The position numbers and the translations under genes were made by a program. Positions 59,801 to 64,000 of a stretch of DNA of 64,000 bases are shown here, piece after piece. A model generated the notes under the pieces. The model ran no database searches. It was not told the DNA's origin and saw only the letters and a program-made list of their open reading frames with translations. This DNA comes from Orbicella franksi. Lineage: Eukaryota. Location: contig OZ116699.1 in the NCBI GenBank assembly GCA_964199315.1, positions 29,388,001 to 29,452,000 on the forward strand. Reading direction: 5' to 3'. Every line of letters begins with the position of its first letter. The stretch's first letter is position 1.

Positions 59801-62800
59801 TCTTTCATAATAATTTTAAAAAGCAAATGCTTGAGAAAGGCAATAACAATGAGGACTACAACGTAAATAACTCGACTTAAACAAACAAAATAACTGCCGT
59901 AAATAAATCCCTATTCTTACCTTAAACTACAAGACCTTCGACCGTAGCGGAAGAAGAAGCGTCCACGCTTTTGGTAGACTTGTCTCCAACGTCTTCCAAC
60001 GTATATACGCATTACGCCGTAACGCCTTCCTCTATACCGTCTACCGCGTCGCCAAGGCCTTCTTTTGGGTCTTACACGTCTTCGCCGTCTTATAGTTATC
60101 CAGCGGCGTCCACTGAAAACAGCGATCCTTGTCCGCGTGATACGTATTTTTCTATATATTCTTCCAATACGAATCACGGGTTTTCTTCCGCGGATAGTAA
60201 TCCTTCTCCATTTTCTCGAAACGCGGGCAAAGAGGCGATACTTTTTCCGTGGAACGCGTCGCCAGGCTCTTCTAAAATAGTAATACAACCAGCCGCGTGT
60301 GAACCTGTTGTGAGGAAAAAAATCATAGTGTCAAAGATGAAGTGTGGAATTCATTGCAGCGGTNNNNNNNNNNNNNNNNNNNNNNNNNNNNNNNNNNNNN
60401 NNNNNNNNNNNNNNNNNNNNNNNNNNNNNNNNNNNNNNNNNNNNNNNNNNNNNNNNNNNNNNNNNNNNNNNNNNNNNNNNNNNNNNNNNNNNNNNNNNNN
60501 CAATCAATCAATCATAGATCAATCATCAATCACTCAATCGATCGATCAGCCAAAACCTTTATTATGTTAGCTAGCCAAGGAGAAACAAAGACGGGGTTCG
60601 TCGAAAAAATTTCTGTGAGAGAGCAACCCCGCCCCATACCCACAACACATGAACACTCCACAGTACCATTCAATGAAAAAAATACCCAGGAAAGAAGGGA
60701 GTTCCCTGAACCCCATGCAGCCCATCCCCCTTGAATCCACCCATACATAGCAGTAGTGAACAGAGTCAAAATAATGTTCAGGGTAATCTTGGAGAGTGCC
60801 CGGTCACATTTTTTTCAAAATTGCCTACGAATGAAATAACTTAATAATGAAAAAAAAAAACAGGAATCTATCCATATACAAAATCTTGTCCATTTACAAG
60901 TTGAATCAAGAAACATTAACAAAAAAGACATACTGTAGTATGTATCGTTTTTTTACATTATTTGAATGTCTATACACCAGCTGGGAGCATCGATTTCTAT
61001 ATTGCCAGTGCCACGGATGTTCTTTAAAGGAACAATGTCAAAATACTTGAAGTCATATTTCCGATCTACAAAATGACTTTAAATTACCTGAGAATGAAAG
61101 TTCTCTTGAGAAGTAATAATGTACAATGAGGTTCACGACTTACGAACAAAAAATCAAATTTCACCTTGTCTAGGAAGGATGTCTGATAAACCATTTTTCT
61201 TTTAGATGAACGCGTTCAGAAGAGTGAAGAGAATATTACCTGATTCTCCTTCGGCGTCCTCCAAGGCGGAATGTTAATCTACCTTTCCACCTGAAGATCT
61301 TCCTTGTCTTTCTGCGGTAATAGATCTTGAACGGGCTGTTGCGACGTCTGTATCGCCGGATACGTCTGATTCTGCGCCTCTTTCGTCTTCGATAGCGCCT
61401 TACGCGTCGCATCTTCCGCTTGAAGCGTCGGTATTTACGTCTGCGTATGCGGCGACCTTTTCGTTTACGTCTCGGTATGATTCGTCTCCACCTCCTTCTG
61501 ACACGATACACAGGTTTTCCGCGCCTGAACCCGATTCTGCGGTATTTTCGACCTACCCGGACACAGATCCTGCCTCTGTATCGTCTTGTAGGACGCCATC
61601 GGCGTCTGACGAGGAACTGAGGTCGACGTTTGATGGATCTCCACCCTCGTCTGCGCCGTAATAAGATCTTTCCTAATCTGGGTCGATATCTAGTAGATAA
61701 AGGAATGGCATTTATAAACACGTAATTATAACAACAGTGGCGTTTATTTGTACACGTTTCCAGGGCTTTTCTCTTTCGCTGCGCCCCGCCTCTGAGAGGT
61801 GAGAAGGTGGAACATTTCCCTGCAGGGTATAGTGCCCGTTAGTTCTTTGTTATTCGTCTAACAAAGCTATACCAAATCTGAGTACAGAAGTTATAAAGTG
61901 AAAAGCGAAGGAGGAATGTTTTTGATCTGTCATTGTACGTACTTAATTGACTGGTTTTTTTTTTCGTATCGGGCCGCAATTCAAACGTTTCCCTCCTTGC
62001 TAGTTGCAATATCAATATAATTTCTTTTGCATGGCTTTCCCGTATGTTGTTGTCTTTACGGATCAACAGAGAAATTATCCTTACCTCACAATTCTAAATC
62101 GACGTTTAAAACGCATCACAAGGCGCCTTCCTCGCCTGTAAATCTTTCTAAATCGCCTTCTAAACCATACACGCATGACGCAGCCACGTCTTACGCGCCT
62201 TCCTCTTCGCCTTCGCCGACGCCGTCGTCTCATTCTTCTCTTTCTCCGGCGTGATCTTCTTCGTCTTCGCCTTCGTCTTCTTCTTCGTATGGTTCTACGT
62301 GTCCTCGGTCTTCTCAGAAGCCCTTTGTATTTTATTCGGAATCTGCCGCGTACTATACGCACTGGCCACATTTTATTTCTGAATCGGATACGAGGTTTTC
62401 CGCGGTAATATCGCAGTAATCGCCAGCGCCGACCAAAGCGGAACTTTATTGGCCTTCTGCTCAACCATCGCCATCTCTTGCCATAGCGAATTCCAATCCT
62501 GGAATTGCGGTACCTAATAAATAAAGACGTAAGACGTCAACGGAAGAAGCATTTCGTAATGAATTCTGAAAGTGCCCTGACACTTTTGTGCTTGGACCCT
62601 CACCATTTCCGGGTAATTTTGCCCGTGTCCCGCAATTCGATTCAGTATGTTTGAGTAGATTTAACCTATTGTTGTCTGCCGTCGGCCTGTCGTCTGGAAA
62701 CTGCCTCGTAAGGTCAATGGAGTTCACTACTAGACTACAATTTTTCAATTTTTTAACAATTAAAAAAAATACCAAGACGTCTCAAACGCCATTAAGTGAC

Positions 62801-64000
62801 CTAGTTTGTACTAAACGCATATTTCACAAAAGCTATATAAATTACTTCAAAAGGGTGTGTTGTTATATATATTGATAGATTCTTGCATTGTTTCACTGTC
62901 TCCAATCTAATAAAAAAGACCAATCACCGTGGATTACTTTTTATTCTACTGACGTTTTTACTTTTGCTAATTTTCCTCTCCAATTATGACAAGTTAAATC
63001 ATTGTGATGTCATACCTTATTCTTCTCCATGCACCCCTGATTCGAGCTCTTAGGTATCTACCTCGGCGGTAAGCTGGGATCCACCTTCGGCCATATTTAA
63101 AATGAAGAACGTTGCGTCGTCTTATTCGTCGCTGACGGCGTCGGTATCGACGACGCCGACGTCTCACTCGCCGCCTTCGTCGTCGTCTTCGTCTCCGTCT
63201 CCATTTCTTTCGCCGTCTTGGTCGTCGTGGCTTTCTCCTGATTACTCTCCAGCGCCGACCGTAGCGTATCATGAGCCGTCCTCCCGTTAATCTGAACGGT
63301 CTGTACCGCCGTCTAAACCGAAGAACAAGCCTTCCACGACGTCTTACGATATAGCGCCAACCAAAACCCACGCGGACCTTGAAACGCCGTGTGATTCGAC
63401 GTATTATGCGGCTTTTTCCTTTGTACGTTACTCGGAAGTATCGTCCTCTAAGATATCTGATTGAAATTCAAATAAAATAGAGTCAGAACAGAACTTTCAA
63501 TATCCTGCTGTCCGACGTGGAGGACGCAAACACAACTCCCGGAGCTCGAATAAATTAGAATAAATTAAATATATAAATTCCAGCAACTGGCAGTCCGGAC
63601 GTACAATGCTTAAGTCCTGCAGTTCAAGTCATTTGCCATTTTGTCATTTTTCTGTGCGCTATCTCATTTCTACCTACTTTTACTTTAACGCAAGAAGTGA
63701 ATATACAAGGATGGCTAGAATGTTCACTAACCACAATCTAAAAATTATGTACACGAAGTTATTGTTTCTCCCCCTGAACAATTCTCTACGATATTTTTAA
63801 GTGGCATTTCCTTTGTTGTAAATATCATTTTTCTCACCGGAAGGTTATCCATCGACGATGGTAACGCATCCTGTATCCACCCCGCCACCTCACAATCGGT
63901 CTCCAACTTCTGCGGTAATAGAAAAGAATCATAGGCCGCCTGCGTCGGCGTATGTAGCGCCGTCTACGTCTTCGACGTCGTCGTTGTAATCGTCGTCGCC
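56882..64000 (-). CDS. Large Arg-rich modular repeat protein with an acidic C-terminal tail (5' end outside the window), >=1028 aa, >=8 exons
   Basis: Exons 63838->64000, 63016-63456, 62085-62513, 61240-61689, 59921-60304, 58895-59317, 58185-58774 and 56882-57090. All introns are GT-AG; the first six are phase 2 and the last is phase 1. 3089 nt join without a stop. An N-gap lies in one intron. Confidence 0.85.
57215..57480 (-). mobile_element. Penelope-like element remnant (GIY-YIG C-terminus + hammerhead-like motif)
   Basis: HFFSWHILRTAQSFHERRILEGLMIQQWQPSLNKQI resembles the end of PLE GIY-YIG domains. It is followed by CACC-CTGAAGA-...-GAAAACGTTT-GGTG at 57235-57271. Confidence 0.55.
60364..60500. 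other. Assembly gap (N run) next to a (CAAT)n/(ATCG)n microsatellite
   Basis: 137 N; the true gap size is unknown. Confidence 0.99.

Noticed and set aside
58910-63290. Plus-strand Ser/Pro/Thr-rich and Arg/Leu-rich ORFs (58910, 59971, 60065, 61420, 62175, 63102)
   Set aside because: Antisense shadows of Arg codons. The splice signals and phase continuity are all on the minus strand.
1-64000. CRISPR arrays, rRNA, bona fide tRNA genes, operons
   Set aside because: No repeat-spacer arrays or rRNA-like sequence. The only tRNA-like boxes belong to a SINE, and the DNA is spliced and eukaryotic.

Overview
Eukaryotic, AT-rich, intron-containing genomic DNA, most likely from a cnidarian/stony coral (inferred from the MITE/SINE/LINE types and the gene content). 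From left to right: (1) an unrecognised 6-exon gene of about 126 aa (+, 1471-10480); (2) a broken cluster of single-VWA-domain genes, with one copy split into oppositely oriented exons and one multiply disabled copy; (3) a tandem triplication of a ~5.5 kb unit carrying a class A neuropeptide-type GPCR whose CDS is uninterrupted (one intact copy, two pseudogenes); (4) a ~8.2 kb Helentron/Helitron2-type element inserted in the third unit, encoding a herpes-tegument-like deubiquitinase + Rep + PIF1 helicase polyprotein (three in-frame stops) and an intact RPA70-like gene; (5) a complete 13-coding-exon SETD3 gene (+, 42581-53575); (6) the 3' part of a minus-strand gene (56882 to beyond 64000). This last gene encodes >1000 aa of Arg-rich, acid-free 18-residue repeats grouped in blocks of six between poly-Arg linkers, on symmetrical phase-2 exons, and ends in an acidic tail. 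It is the most unusual object in the window. All gene models were built by eye from GT-AG signals and phase matching, with no database or expression support.
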